Source: Synechococcus sp. (GTDB lineage: Bacteria > Cyanobacteriota > Cyanobacteriia > Thermostichales > PCC-7336). From it: DNA of 30,627 bases. Location of the stretch: NCBI GenBank assembly GCA_051439425.1, contig JBFRWD010000014.1, positions 1 to 30,627 on the forward strand, read 5' to 3'. Positions within the stretch are counted from its first letter, which is position 1; each line of letters begins with the position of its first letter. The translations under genes and the position numbers were made by a program. A model generated the notes under the pieces. The model was not told where the DNA came from and searched no databases. It was given only the letters and a program-made list of their open reading frames with translations. Shown here piece by piece: positions 1 to 8,343 of the stretch.

Positions 1-624
1 GAATTCGACTACAGCCCCACCGGTTTAGAAAAATCCCTCGCCGCCTTCATCGACGCCCTAGAACTGGACACCGTCAGCCTAGTCGTCCAAGGCTACCTCG
101 GCGTCATCGGACTGCAATATGCCATCCACAACAGCGATCGCATCGACCGCATCGCGATCGTCAACACCCCCTTCTATTCGGGTGCCAAACTCCCATTCAA
201 ACTGCAACAACTGGGCTTCCCCCTTGCCGGAGAAATGCTCACCCAAGACCCCCTCTGCGTCGATCGCACCCTAGAAGGCGGTGGCGGCAGCGTTGTCTCC
301 GACGCCGACCTCGAAATTTACCGCGCCCCTTTCCTCAAAAGCTCCGCCGCCGGACGCTCCCTGCTCTCCACCGTCCGCAAATACAAACTAGCCTCCCTCC
401 TTCCCGACCTAGAATCCGGTCTCGCCAAACTAGATAAGCCCATGCTCGTCGCCTGGGGTGAAAACAACAGTTGGCTCTCCTGCGCCAAAGCCAAAGACGC
501 TGTCAGCGCCCTTAAGAAGACTGAATTCACCGCGATCGCCAATGCAGGCCACTACGCCCAAATCGACAACAGCGATCGCCTGATCGAAGTCATCCCCCCC
601 TTCTTCCGTCGCCAAGTCTTCTAA
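1..624 (+). CDS. Alpha/beta fold hydrolase, haloalkane-dehalogenase-like (5'-truncated by window edge)
   Basis: Frame 1 is open from base 1 (EFDYSPTGLEKSLAAFIDALELDTVSLVVQGYLGVIGLQYA...RIDRIAIVNTP) and joins ORF 235..624. C-terminal PMLVAWGE...AGHYAQ is typical of the fold. Confidence 0.85.
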   Translation, partial: EFDYSPTGLEKSLAAFIDALELDTVSLVVQGYLGVIGLQYAIHNSDRIDRIAIVNTPFYSGAKLPFKLQQLGFPLAGEMLTQDPLCVDRTLEGGGGSVVSDADLEIYRAPFLKSSAAGRSLLSTVRKYKLASLLPDLESGLAKLDKPMLVAWGENNSWLSCAKAKDAVSALKKTEFTAIANAGHYAQIDNSDRLIEVIPPFFRRQVF

Positions 625-641
625 ACCTGGATACGTGCAAG

Positions 642-662
642 TGACCAATGACCAGTGACCAA
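642..662. repeat. Heptamer tandem repeat (TGACCAR)x3, STRR2-like
   Basis: TGACCAA TGACCAG TGACCAA lies between convergent stop codons. The reverse complement TTGGTCA matches the cyanobacterial STRR2 heptamer. Confidence 0.55.
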
Positions 663-672
663 CGATCGCCAC

Positions 673-3600
673 TTACCCCCCAACCTGCCACCCCAACACC
701 TGACCCACTGCCGCCGCTGACGCCACCAACGCCACCCCCACTGTCGAAATCAACCAAACCTTCAACGACTGTTGCTGCGCCAGCAACCCTGCTACCTCAG
801 CTCGCAGCTCCTCCACCTGCGTCCCCATGTCCCCCTCAAGCTGCGTTTCCTTTTCCTGCAGCGCAACAATCGACAGCGTATTCAGTCGAATCGCCTCCGG
901 TAACTGCTGCTCCAATTGAACAAATTGCGTATTCAGCACCGAAAGGTCCTCCCGCAATTCCTCTTGCTGAGCTTGCTGGTTTTGGCGCTCTTGTAACGCC
1001 AATAAGTTATTCAGTTCCGTTTGAATCGGAGCGATCGCGCTGGTATCCGACTTCTCTGCTACCGTACCTTCCAGCTCGGAGAGGGCTTGCCGTAGCTGGG
1101 TTAGTTCGTCGCGATCGCGCTCCCACCCTTTCTGTAATTGACGATAGCCCCCCTGCAATTGGCGATAGTCCGCTTGCAACTCTGCGAGGGCCGACTGTGT
1201 CGCTGTCGATCCAGTCGCTGTCGATTCTGCCCGAGCCCGAATAGTCTCCAACTGCCCCTGCAACCCCCGACATTCGGTCTGCAATGCTGCCAGCTCATTC
1301 TCAAGACCGAGAGATTCAGCTTGCCGCAGCCGCACTGCCAAGGTCTCCACCTGCTCTCGCAGTTCTCTGGATTCGGCCTGGATGGTGTTTACCGAGATGG
1401 CCTCCTCAGATTGACTGTCTCGCAGCTCGGTTTTTACCCGCTCCATTTGCTCCTGCAATGCGCCGTACTGTGCGTGTAATGTGTCCAGCTCCGCTGCAGT
1501 TGCCTGTGCCTCAGATGCTTCAGAAGACACAGATTCCTGCATCTGTGCCCTCAGCTCATCCATCTGCTCGTGCAATTCCACTACCGACTGCCTGTTGTAG
1601 CGCAATGCTTCCGGTAGCTGCTGCTCTAGTGGGGTAATCGTGCTTTGCAAGGCATACAGAGTGGTCGCAAAAGTAGATAGCTGATTTTCAAGTTCGGAAG
1701 ACTTTTCCAGAATGGGTTGCAGCGCATCCACATCGGTCCGCAGTTGCACCAGCGCTCCTGATGGCACACTGTCTTCTGGCCCCTTGTCTTCTGACTCGGC
1801 ATTTTCTAACTCGGCATCTTCTAATTCAGCCTCCTCTCGATCGGCCTCACTCACGTCAACCGCGCTCACCTCAAGCGGCTGCCCTATCCGCTGCTCTAGT
1901 TCGGATACAAACGCCACCTGCTGCTCGACCGTTGCCACAGTCTCCTGCAATCGATTGGAGATCTCCTCTAGTTCTCCTCGCCAGGGTTCGGTATTAGCTG
2001 ATTCATTGCTATCGTTCTCTTCCTCTCGCAGCCGCGCTTGCTCGGCCATCTGTTCGAGGCGATCGCTCAGTTGGGACACATCTTGCCCCAGCGATCGCAC
2101 GGTCTCTTCCACCAGCTCCTTCGCCTGTCCCTGAATATTCAGAGAGTCCTGCAGAGCGGTCAATTGTTCCTCAAGTTGGGCAATAGTTGAGGCAGTCTCG
2201 TCCTCTGCTTGGAGTTGAGTGAACTGCTGTTGCAACGCCGTCACTTGGGTTTCCAGTTGAACGGCAGTCTCGGTATTGAACTGAATCACTTCCGGTAGCT
2301 GAGCCACCACCGCCTCCAGTCGCGCCCGAATCTCGTCAATATCCTCTTGCCATAGCGGCACCGGATGCGCGATCGCGTCTTTTAGTTCGTGGAGTTGACC
2401 GAGGGCCTGATCCAGTTCCTGAGCATCTGCCCGCAACGCCAGTTCTGCCCGTACCTCTTGTAAATCCTCTTCGCTGGCTCTCCCCATCACCTTCAAATCA
2501 ACGGCATCCATGCGTTTATCGATGTCGTCGTAGGAAATTTCCATCATTTCCAGCCGCTCATCAGCCGCCTCGATCTTGGCTAAATGGGCTTCTAACTGGG
2601 CGATCGCGCTACTCCCCTCGCTGTCGCTGACAGGCTCTCCACTCTCCGCAGGATCTGTACTGGCTATACTCGCGAGTTCGCCGTTCTCTTCGCTGCGACT
2701 CTCCAAGCCCGCCAATTGCTCTTGCAAGCCCACAATCGACTGCGTGTTGTACTTCACAGCTTCGGGCAATTTCTGCGAAAGACTATCCAGCCGTTCGCTC
2801 AGCTCGGTAACGGCAGCTTGAATGGCCTCCGTCTTCTCGGTCTCAGTATCTACTGGCTCCGTATCTGCAAGGTCTGTCTCTGTAGGTTCTTCTGGTGCTG
2901 CGGGAATGGCATCTAACTGGGTCTTCAACTCTGTCTGGGCGGCTTGCATGCTGGCGATCGCAGTCTGCAATTCCTCCAAAATTTCTGGGGTGACGGTCGG
3001 TTGAGGGCGATCGGCCAGTTGGGTCACCTGCGCCTGCAGTTCGTTAATCTGTTCGCCAAGCCGAGCCGTCATCTCCGAGTTCAGTTGATAGGCTTCGGGA
3101 ATTCGCCGCGACAGCAACTGGACAGACTTGCGCACCTCCTCCAGATCCACCTCCCACGTGGGGGGCTCCGAAGGCTTCTGCTCTAACGCTTCCGCCCGCT
3201 GAATAATCGCTTCCAGAGAGCCGACCCGCTTGCCGGATTCCAATCGACTTTGCAGCTCGCTAAACTGCTCTGCGCTGGGATGCCGATTGATGAGTTCGAT
3301 CGCGTCCTGAATCTGTGCCTCTAATGACTGCTGTAACGATTGCTGCGCTGTCTGCAGCCCGTCTACCAATTCCGTGACAGATAATGCCTGCTGCAACTGC
3401 TCTTCAACAGTGGAGAGCGACTGCTCTAGTTGAGCGATCGCTGCCTTACTCTCATCCGCCTCGCTAGCATCTGGTATTGCCTTGAGAGCACCTTCAACCT
3501 CGGCCAGTTGCTGGTTAACACTGACAACAGCCTGTTCTAACTGGGCGATCGCCGCCTTACTCTCGTCCCTCTCGCTAGCATCCGTCACCTGCTTGAGAGC

Positions 3601-4986
3601 GCCTTCAATTTCGGTCAGTTGCTCGGTCAGGCTCACAATCGACTGAGTGTTAATCGAGACGGCCTCGGGCAGTTGCTGCTGCAGCTCGTCAACCTTGGCC
3701 GCCAGCTCGGAAACTGCCGCCTGCAACCCCTCATCAGTACCGCTATCTGCCTCTGCGACCTGCTCAAGAGCCGCTTCCAATCCCCCCAATTGCCCACTCA
3801 GACTGACAATCGACTGTGTGTTAACAGATACGGCCTCAGGCAATTGCTGCTGAAGCTTTTCCAACTCGGCCGTCAATTCTGAAACGGCAGTTTGCCAGCC
3901 ACCATCAGTCTCGCCACCAGCTTCTGAGAGCTGCTTGAGAGAGTCCTCTACCCCAATCAGTTGCTCGGTCAGACTGACAATTGACTGCGTATTAACAGAC
4001 ACTGCCTTGGGTAATTGCTGCTGAAGTCCATCTAGCTGGCTTGTCAGCCCTTTGAGTTGGGTGTCTAGCTCGGACATTGGTGCTTGCCAAGTGTCATCCG
4101 AACGATTGGCGATCGCCTCTGCAAATTGTGCCTCAAGTGACTCTGTTGCAGACTGAAGCGATCGGATAGAGGCCTCGATATCCTCAGTCCCACTAGTGTC
4201 GCGTTGTCGGCTTTCAAGCTCGCCCACAGTAGCCTGCAGCGCTTTCAGCGTGTTGGGCAATTCCAGAATTTCGGTCGGCAGACTGGCTGGCTCGGCTAAC
4301 TGCTCCTCTAATTTCGCGATCTGCGATCGCACTGCTTGCTCTAGACCCTCTCGCTGGTGCAACTCCGTTTCAATACGTTGCTGGCACTCGGCGATCGCCT
4401 GCTTCAGTTCCCCATCATCCCCATCATTAAGCTGGTTACCCAATTCTTGAATGCGTCCGCGCAATTCGGCGATCGCAGCCTCATCAACTCCCGTCCCTCC
4501 ATCGGAAGACTGGGCCGATGCATTCTCTAACTCGGCCACTTGAGCATGCAGCGCCACAATCGACTCGGTGTTGTAGCGCACCGCTTCCGGCAGCTGCCGC
4601 TTGAGTTGGTCAACCGTCGTTTGCAAAGCCTCCAGGGTCTCCCCCAATACCTCAGGGAAATCAATACCGTCAGCCAACGATTCCAAGGTGCGATCGGCTG
4701 CTGCCAACTTGCCGTCCAAATCCGTTAGCGCTGCCTGTAGGCGAGCGAGCAAATTCTCCCCCGTCGCGACGACCCCCTCAATGCTGGTCCCTGTCATCTC
4801 AGATGTTGCAGCACTCTCAATAGCCGTTGAATCCTGAGTGTCTGCCCCCTGCATCGCGGAATCTTCTACGGCTTCAGAAACAGTAGAACCATTCCCCGCA
4901 CCAGCAGCAGCGCCATTGTCGGTATTCGGTTGCTTTCGTCGAGAGCTTCTGCGCTTTGCCACGGTTCCACACCACGCTTCGGGCAT
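673..4986 (-). CDS. Giant acidic coiled-coil protein with internal repeats and a C-terminal membrane anchor
   Basis: 1437-aa ORF with E/Q/L/A-rich heptads and a recurring LPEA[VI]xxNTxSIV motif. Hydrophobic tail VWLISTVGVALVASAAAVGQVLGW. No signal peptide and no SMC-type Walker A motif seen. Confidence 0.85.
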   Translation of the reverse strand: MPEAWCGTVAKRRSSRRKQPNTDNGAAAGAGNGSTVSEAVEDSAMQGADTQDSTAIESAATSEMTGTSIEGVVATGENLLARLQAALTDLDGKLAAADRTLESLADGIDFPEVLGETLEALQTTVDQLKRQLPEAVRYNTESIVALHAQVAELENASAQSSDGGTGVDEAAIAELRGRIQELGNQLNDGDDGELKQAIAECQQRIETELHQREGLEQAVRSQIAKLEEQLAEPASLPTEILELPNTLKALQATVGELESRQRDTSGTEDIEASIRSLQSATESLEAQFAEAIANRSDDTWQAPMSELDTQLKGLTSQLDGLQQQLPKAVSVNTQSIVSLTEQLIGVEDSLKQLSEAGGETDGGWQTAVSELTAELEKLQQQLPEAVSVNTQSIVSLSGQLGGLEAALEQVAEADSGTDEGLQAAVSELAAKVDELQQQLPEAVSINTQSIVSLTEQLTEIEGALKQVTDASERDESKAAIAQLEQAVVSVNQQLAEVEGALKAIPDASEADESKAAIAQLEQSLSTVEEQLQQALSVTELVDGLQTAQQSLQQSLEAQIQDAIELINRHPSAEQFSELQSRLESGKRVGSLEAIIQRAEALEQKPSEPPTWEVDLEEVRKSVQLLSRRIPEAYQLNSEMTARLGEQINELQAQVTQLADRPQPTVTPEILEELQTAIASMQAAQTELKTQLDAIPAAPEEPTETDLADTEPVDTETEKTEAIQAAVTELSERLDSLSQKLPEAVKYNTQSIVGLQEQLAGLESRSEENGELASIASTDPAESGEPVSDSEGSSAIAQLEAHLAKIEAADERLEMMEISYDDIDKRMDAVDLKVMGRASEEDLQEVRAELALRADAQELDQALGQLHELKDAIAHPVPLWQEDIDEIRARLEAVVAQLPEVIQFNTETAVQLETQVTALQQQFTQLQAEDETASTIAQLEEQLTALQDSLNIQGQAKELVEETVRSLGQDVSQLSDRLEQMAEQARLREEENDSNESANTEPWRGELEEISNRLQETVATVEQQVAFVSELEQRIGQPLEVSAVDVSEADREEAELEDAELENAESEDKGPEDSVPSGALVQLRTDVDALQPILEKSSELENQLSTFATTLYALQSTITPLEQQLPEALRYNRQSVVELHEQMDELRAQMQESVSSEASEAQATAAELDTLHAQYGALQEQMERVKTELRDSQSEEAISVNTIQAESRELREQVETLAVRLRQAESLGLENELAALQTECRGLQGQLETIRARAESTATGSTATQSALAELQADYRQLQGGYRQLQKGWERDRDELTQLRQALSELEGTVAEKSDTSAIAPIQTELNNLLALQERQNQQAQQEELREDLSVLNTQFVQLEQQLPEAIRLNTLSIVALQEKETQLEGDMGTQVEELRAEVAGLLAQQQSLKVWLISTVGVALVASAAAVGQVLGWQVGG
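3410..4030 (-). repeat. Intragenic tandem repeats: 171-bp (57-aa) period followed by two 111-bp (37-aa) units
   Basis: QQQLP[KE]AVS[VI]NTQSIVSL recurs three times at 57-aa spacing. EGALK..DASE.DESKAAIAQLEQ occurs twice, with matching DNA at 3434 and 3545 (111 bp apart). Boundaries are approximate. Confidence 0.85.
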
Positions 4987-5170
4987 ATGATATCCCCGCT
5001 ATTGCGCAAAGCCTCAGATCGTAACGGTAGAGCATAGATTCGCTGGACTCCGCTGACGCGTTGTTGCCCAGACCCGCGAGCTGACAACACAGCATTCACC
5101 GCCATTCCGGCCAGCGTCCCCGCAGTAGCGCTACCGGCGCGCAGGCGTTAGCAATAAAAGTAGCCGAGTC

Positions 5171-7735
5171 TTGGGAGCAGAGATTGTGGAACTCTCTAGT
5201 CGAGCCACATGGCTCAAGCAAAACACTGTTTTGGGGGCGCTATCCGATGAGGTGGTAGAAGCGATCGCCACCGCCAGCCAAGACACTGAAATCGCTGCCA
5301 ACCGTCGTATCCTTCTGGAAGACACCCCACCCGATGCTCTCTACATCCTGCGTCTCGGTCGAGTGGAGAGCTATCGTACGCACGCAGCGCGCTCTGCCGA
5401 AATCTTGAGTCGGTTGTCGGGAACCGTGCTGTATCTGCGCGAGTTGCTATTGGATGACCCCAGCACCGAGACATCCATCACCTTAGATGACTGCCTGTTT
5501 TGGGTAGTAACCCGAGTTGATTTTGACGCGATCGCTCAACAGTATCCTGAAATCCAACAACCCCTGGCGCGCCAACTGGCCACCGAGCTCAAATCTGCCA
5601 ATCTGCGCTTGGAGTACGAACAGGAGCGCCAAACCACCCTGCTTCCCTACCTCGTCACCAAAGCTAAACGGGGCGTGGTGGGTTCTAGCCGCTATGCCAC
5701 CCGCATTCGCCAAGACATTCGCGCTGCTGCTCGCGATCGCCAACCCGTCGCCATTTTCGGAGAACCCGGCCTCAACAAAGACATTTTGGCCGCCTTGATT
5801 CACTTCAGCTCCCCATTCCGGCGCGAACCAATGATTCAGATTAACTGCAATCAACTACAGGTCAGTGGTGCCGAGCTATTCGGGCGATCGGGGGGTAAGC
5901 CAGGGCTGATCGAATGGCTGGGGACCGGAACGCTGCTGCTCAACAATTTGCACGAAGCACCCGCCAGCCTGCGTCCTCTCCTCGCCCAACTTCTCGCCAC
6001 TCGGCTGTATAGCCCCGTTAGTCGAGAGGGTGGCCCTGCCCCCATTCCCCGTCGCAGCGATGCCCGGATCATCCTGACCGCCGAGCAGACAATTCCCGAC
6101 ATCGACATCAAGCAATTGTGCGGCCACTTTCTCAAGCTGCCCCCGCTGCGGGTGCGCAAAGCTGACATCGAGGCGATGGCTAATTACTCTGCCAGTCTGA
6201 TCGCCCGCTCGCGCGGTATCCCCCGCCCCACCCTGTCTCCCGAGGCGTTGCGTCAATTACAGGGCTACGACTTTCCCGGCAACTTTACCGAACTAGAGCG
6301 GGTAATGAGCCGAGGAATTTTGCAGGCGGATGGCTTGCCGGTTTTGAACGAAGAGGTGTTTTGGGGGGCGGGCAGTGGGGCTCCTCGCTTTCGCCTCAAC
6401 CTGCTCAACCGCTATCCCCAATTTCGCCAATTTTTGCGCAGCCCTTGGTGGCCCGATCTCATTAATACCTGGCTGGTCATGCCCATCTTTGCGGCCGTTG
6501 TTGTTCTCCTCTTTTGGGGGCCGCAAACCCGCGATCGCAATATTGCCCTCAACCTATTCTGGGCCTGGTGGTGGCCCCTCATCCTGCTTACCTTTCCATT
6601 TGTAGGACGGCTGTGGTGTTCTGTCTGCCCGTTCATGATTTACGGCGAAGTGGTGCAAAAACTGTCGCTATGGCTGTGGCCCCGCCAGCTCGCCAGTTGG
6701 CCCCGTCAGCCCGCCGAAAAATACGGGGGCTGGTTTCTATTTGGGCTATTCGCAGCGATTTATCTGTGGGAAGAGCTTTGGAATTTAGAAAATACGGCCT
6801 ATCTCTCCAGTTGGTTACTGCTGCTGATTACCGGTGGGGCGATTGTCTGCTCTGCGATATTCGAGCGACGATTTTGGTGTCGCTATCTCTGCCCCATCGG
6901 AGGGATGAACGGCCTGTTCGCCAAACTTTCCATGACCGAACTACGGGCACAGCGGGGTATCTGCTCGGCAGAATGCACAACCTATCAGTGTTACAAGGGC
7001 GGTCCTGAAAAAGGAGAGGGCCAAGCCACAGTAGGCTGCCCCCTGTACTCTCATCCCGCCCAAATGGTGGACAACAAAGACTGCGTTCTCTGCATGACCT
7101 GCCTGAAAGCCTGTCCCCACCGCTCCGTCGAGTTCAACCTCCGACCGCCTGGAGTCGAGTTGTGGACCACTCATCGAGCGAGATCGCCTGAAGTCGCTCT
7201 CCTCTTCCTATTATTTGGTGGAATTTTCTTGCACCGCTTGCCAGAATTACTCGCTCTCTGGCATCAACCCGCATCAACGTATCTCGATCAATTTTGGCCC
7301 CATGCGGCTATTTCTGTTGCCGTACTGGGGATACCGTTCGCTGTTGCCAGCCTTGCCTACGGAGTCATGGCGATCACCCGTCGCATCCGCAAATCTAGCA
7401 AGTACAAACTCAAACCCTTTCGAGTGCTGGCCTACGGCTACCTTCCTGTAGTGCTGGGAGGAAACCTGGCCCACTATCTCAAACTAGGGTTGACGGAAGC
7501 AGGACAGCTACTGCCCGTATCGGCAAAAACGTTCGGCCTGCTGGGAACCGGACTGCCAACAGTAACGGCCCATCCAGCCGTCATCGGTTTTCTTCAGGGG
7601 ACAACACTGCTAGTTTGCGGTGTTCTCAGCGTTAGCCTTCTACAAAAAATTGCTCGCCAACCAGTGAGAGTGTTGTTGGCTCAACATATAGCCACTGTGG
7701 TACTGGCTGCGAGCTGTTGGTGGGTGATTGTGTAG
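5171..7735 (+). CDS. Cyclic-nucleotide-binding / sigma54-interaction-like AAA+ / membrane 4Fe-4S domain protein (cyanobacterial 'nitrogen assimilation regulatory protein'-type)
   Basis: N-terminal cNMP-like domain (DALYILRLGRVE). AAA+ region GEPGLNKD...LPPLRVRKADI...YDFPGNFTELE. Multi-TM C-terminal half with WCSVCP, WCRYLCP and CVLCMTCLKACP. Start codon uncertain (TTG 5171 or GTG 5186). Confidence 0.85.
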   Translation: MGAEIVELSSRATWLKQNTVLGALSDEVVEAIATASQDTEIAANRRILLEDTPPDALYILRLGRVESYRTHAARSAEILSRLSGTVLYLRELLLDDPSTETSITLDDCLFWVVTRVDFDAIAQQYPEIQQPLARQLATELKSANLRLEYEQERQTTLLPYLVTKAKRGVVGSSRYATRIRQDIRAAARDRQPVAIFGEPGLNKDILAALIHFSSPFRREPMIQINCNQLQVSGAELFGRSGGKPGLIEWLGTGTLLLNNLHEAPASLRPLLAQLLATRLYSPVSREGGPAPIPRRSDARIILTAEQTIPDIDIKQLCGHFLKLPPLRVRKADIEAMANYSASLIARSRGIPRPTLSPEALRQLQGYDFPGNFTELERVMSRGILQADGLPVLNEEVFWGAGSGAPRFRLNLLNRYPQFRQFLRSPWWPDLINTWLVMPIFAAVVVLLFWGPQTRDRNIALNLFWAWWWPLILLTFPFVGRLWCSVCPFMIYGEVVQKLSLWLWPRQLASWPRQPAEKYGGWFLFGLFAAIYLWEELWNLENTAYLSSWLLLLITGGAIVCSAIFERRFWCRYLCPIGGMNGLFAKLSMTELRAQRGICSAECTTYQCYKGGPEKGEGQATVGCPLYSHPAQMVDNKDCVLCMTCLKACPHRSVEFNLRPPGVELWTTHRARSPEVALLFLLFGGIFLHRLPELLALWHQPASTYLDQFWPHAAISVAVLGIPFAVASLAYGVMAITRRIRKSSKYKLKPFRVLAYGYLPVVLGGNLAHYLKLGLTEAGQLLPVSAKTFGLLGTGLPTVTAHPAVIGFLQGTTLLVCGVLSVSLLQKIARQPVRVLLAQHIATVVLAASCWWVIV

Positions 7736-7792
7736 TGAAATCGTGTCGACTGTGCTAGCGACAGGCGCAATTAAGCCTTTGCCATCCAGGGA

Positions 7793-7912
7793 TTAGCTGC
7801 TGCGCTTGACTTTATCGACGTAGCTGAACAGCAGGATTCCACCGAAGATCAGCCCTAGGACGACGATGCCGGAAACCAGACTTAGCAAAAAGTTCGTCAA
7901 AGAGGGGGTCAT
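7793..7912 (-). CDS. psbX: Photosystem II protein X
   Basis: Manual translation MTPSLTNFLLSLVSGIVVLGLIFGGILLFSYVDKVKRSS* (39 aa). The MTPSLxNF start, single TM helix and DKxxR tail match PsbX. Confidence 0.92.
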   Translation of the reverse strand: MTPSLTNFLLSLVSGIVVLGLIFGGILLFSYVDKVKRSS

Positions 7913-8036
7913 TTCAAATTGCTCTTAACAACGGCTATAGATTCACTCCATAGTAAAGCGAACCTCGCCTTTTCGCGGACAAAATTCCTACTCTGCAACG
8001 TTTTTGAAACATTTGTCTCAATTCTGGAAAATCATG

Positions 8037-8223
8037 CATGGCAGTGGTCACACCATTACGGACAGTTTAGCTATAGCAGTGGCCATACCAATTCGGACAT
8101 TTCAGCTATGTCTAGACCGGACTGCGATTGGAAACCTCTGTCCTAACTGAAATGGCAAATACTATACGTTCAACCCTAACTGCGATTAAAACCTTTGCCC
8201 TAGCCGAAATAACAAATGCCATA
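8037..8223. repeat. Cluster of four 28-bp repeats (two on +, two on -)
   Basis: 8037-8064(+) CATGGCAGTGGTCACACCATTACGGACA; 8072-8099(+) TATAGCAGTGGCCATACCAATTCGGACA; 8139-8166(-) TATAGTATTTGCCATTTCAGTTAGGACA; 8196-8223(-) TATGGCATTTGTTATTTCGGCTAGGGCA. All four align without gaps. Confidence 0.75.
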
Positions 8224-8343
8224 TCGGCAGTCATCTCAATCGACAGCGCTCTAGGGCCTAGTGATGGGCCACTTGCGAGACAGTCTGTGGGCAATTCAGC
8301 ATTCACTTTAGCTGGCCTGAATCAGCCCGTCCCTAAATACCGA

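Noticed and set aside
648..1244. Pro-rich 198-aa ORF and other + strand ORFs within 673-4986
   Set aside because: Antisense shadows of the coiled-coil gene.
673..4986. SMC, phage tape-measure or trimeric autotransporter annotation
   Set aside because: No ATPase head or hinge, no phage genes nearby, and no signal peptide or C-terminal beta-barrel.
8037..8223. 28-bp repeats as a CRISPR array or a dif site
   Set aside because: Copies are in mixed orientation, gaps are 7/39/29 bp, divergence is high and no cas genes are present. There is no XerD arm (TTATGTTAAAT-like) or 11-6-11 dyad.
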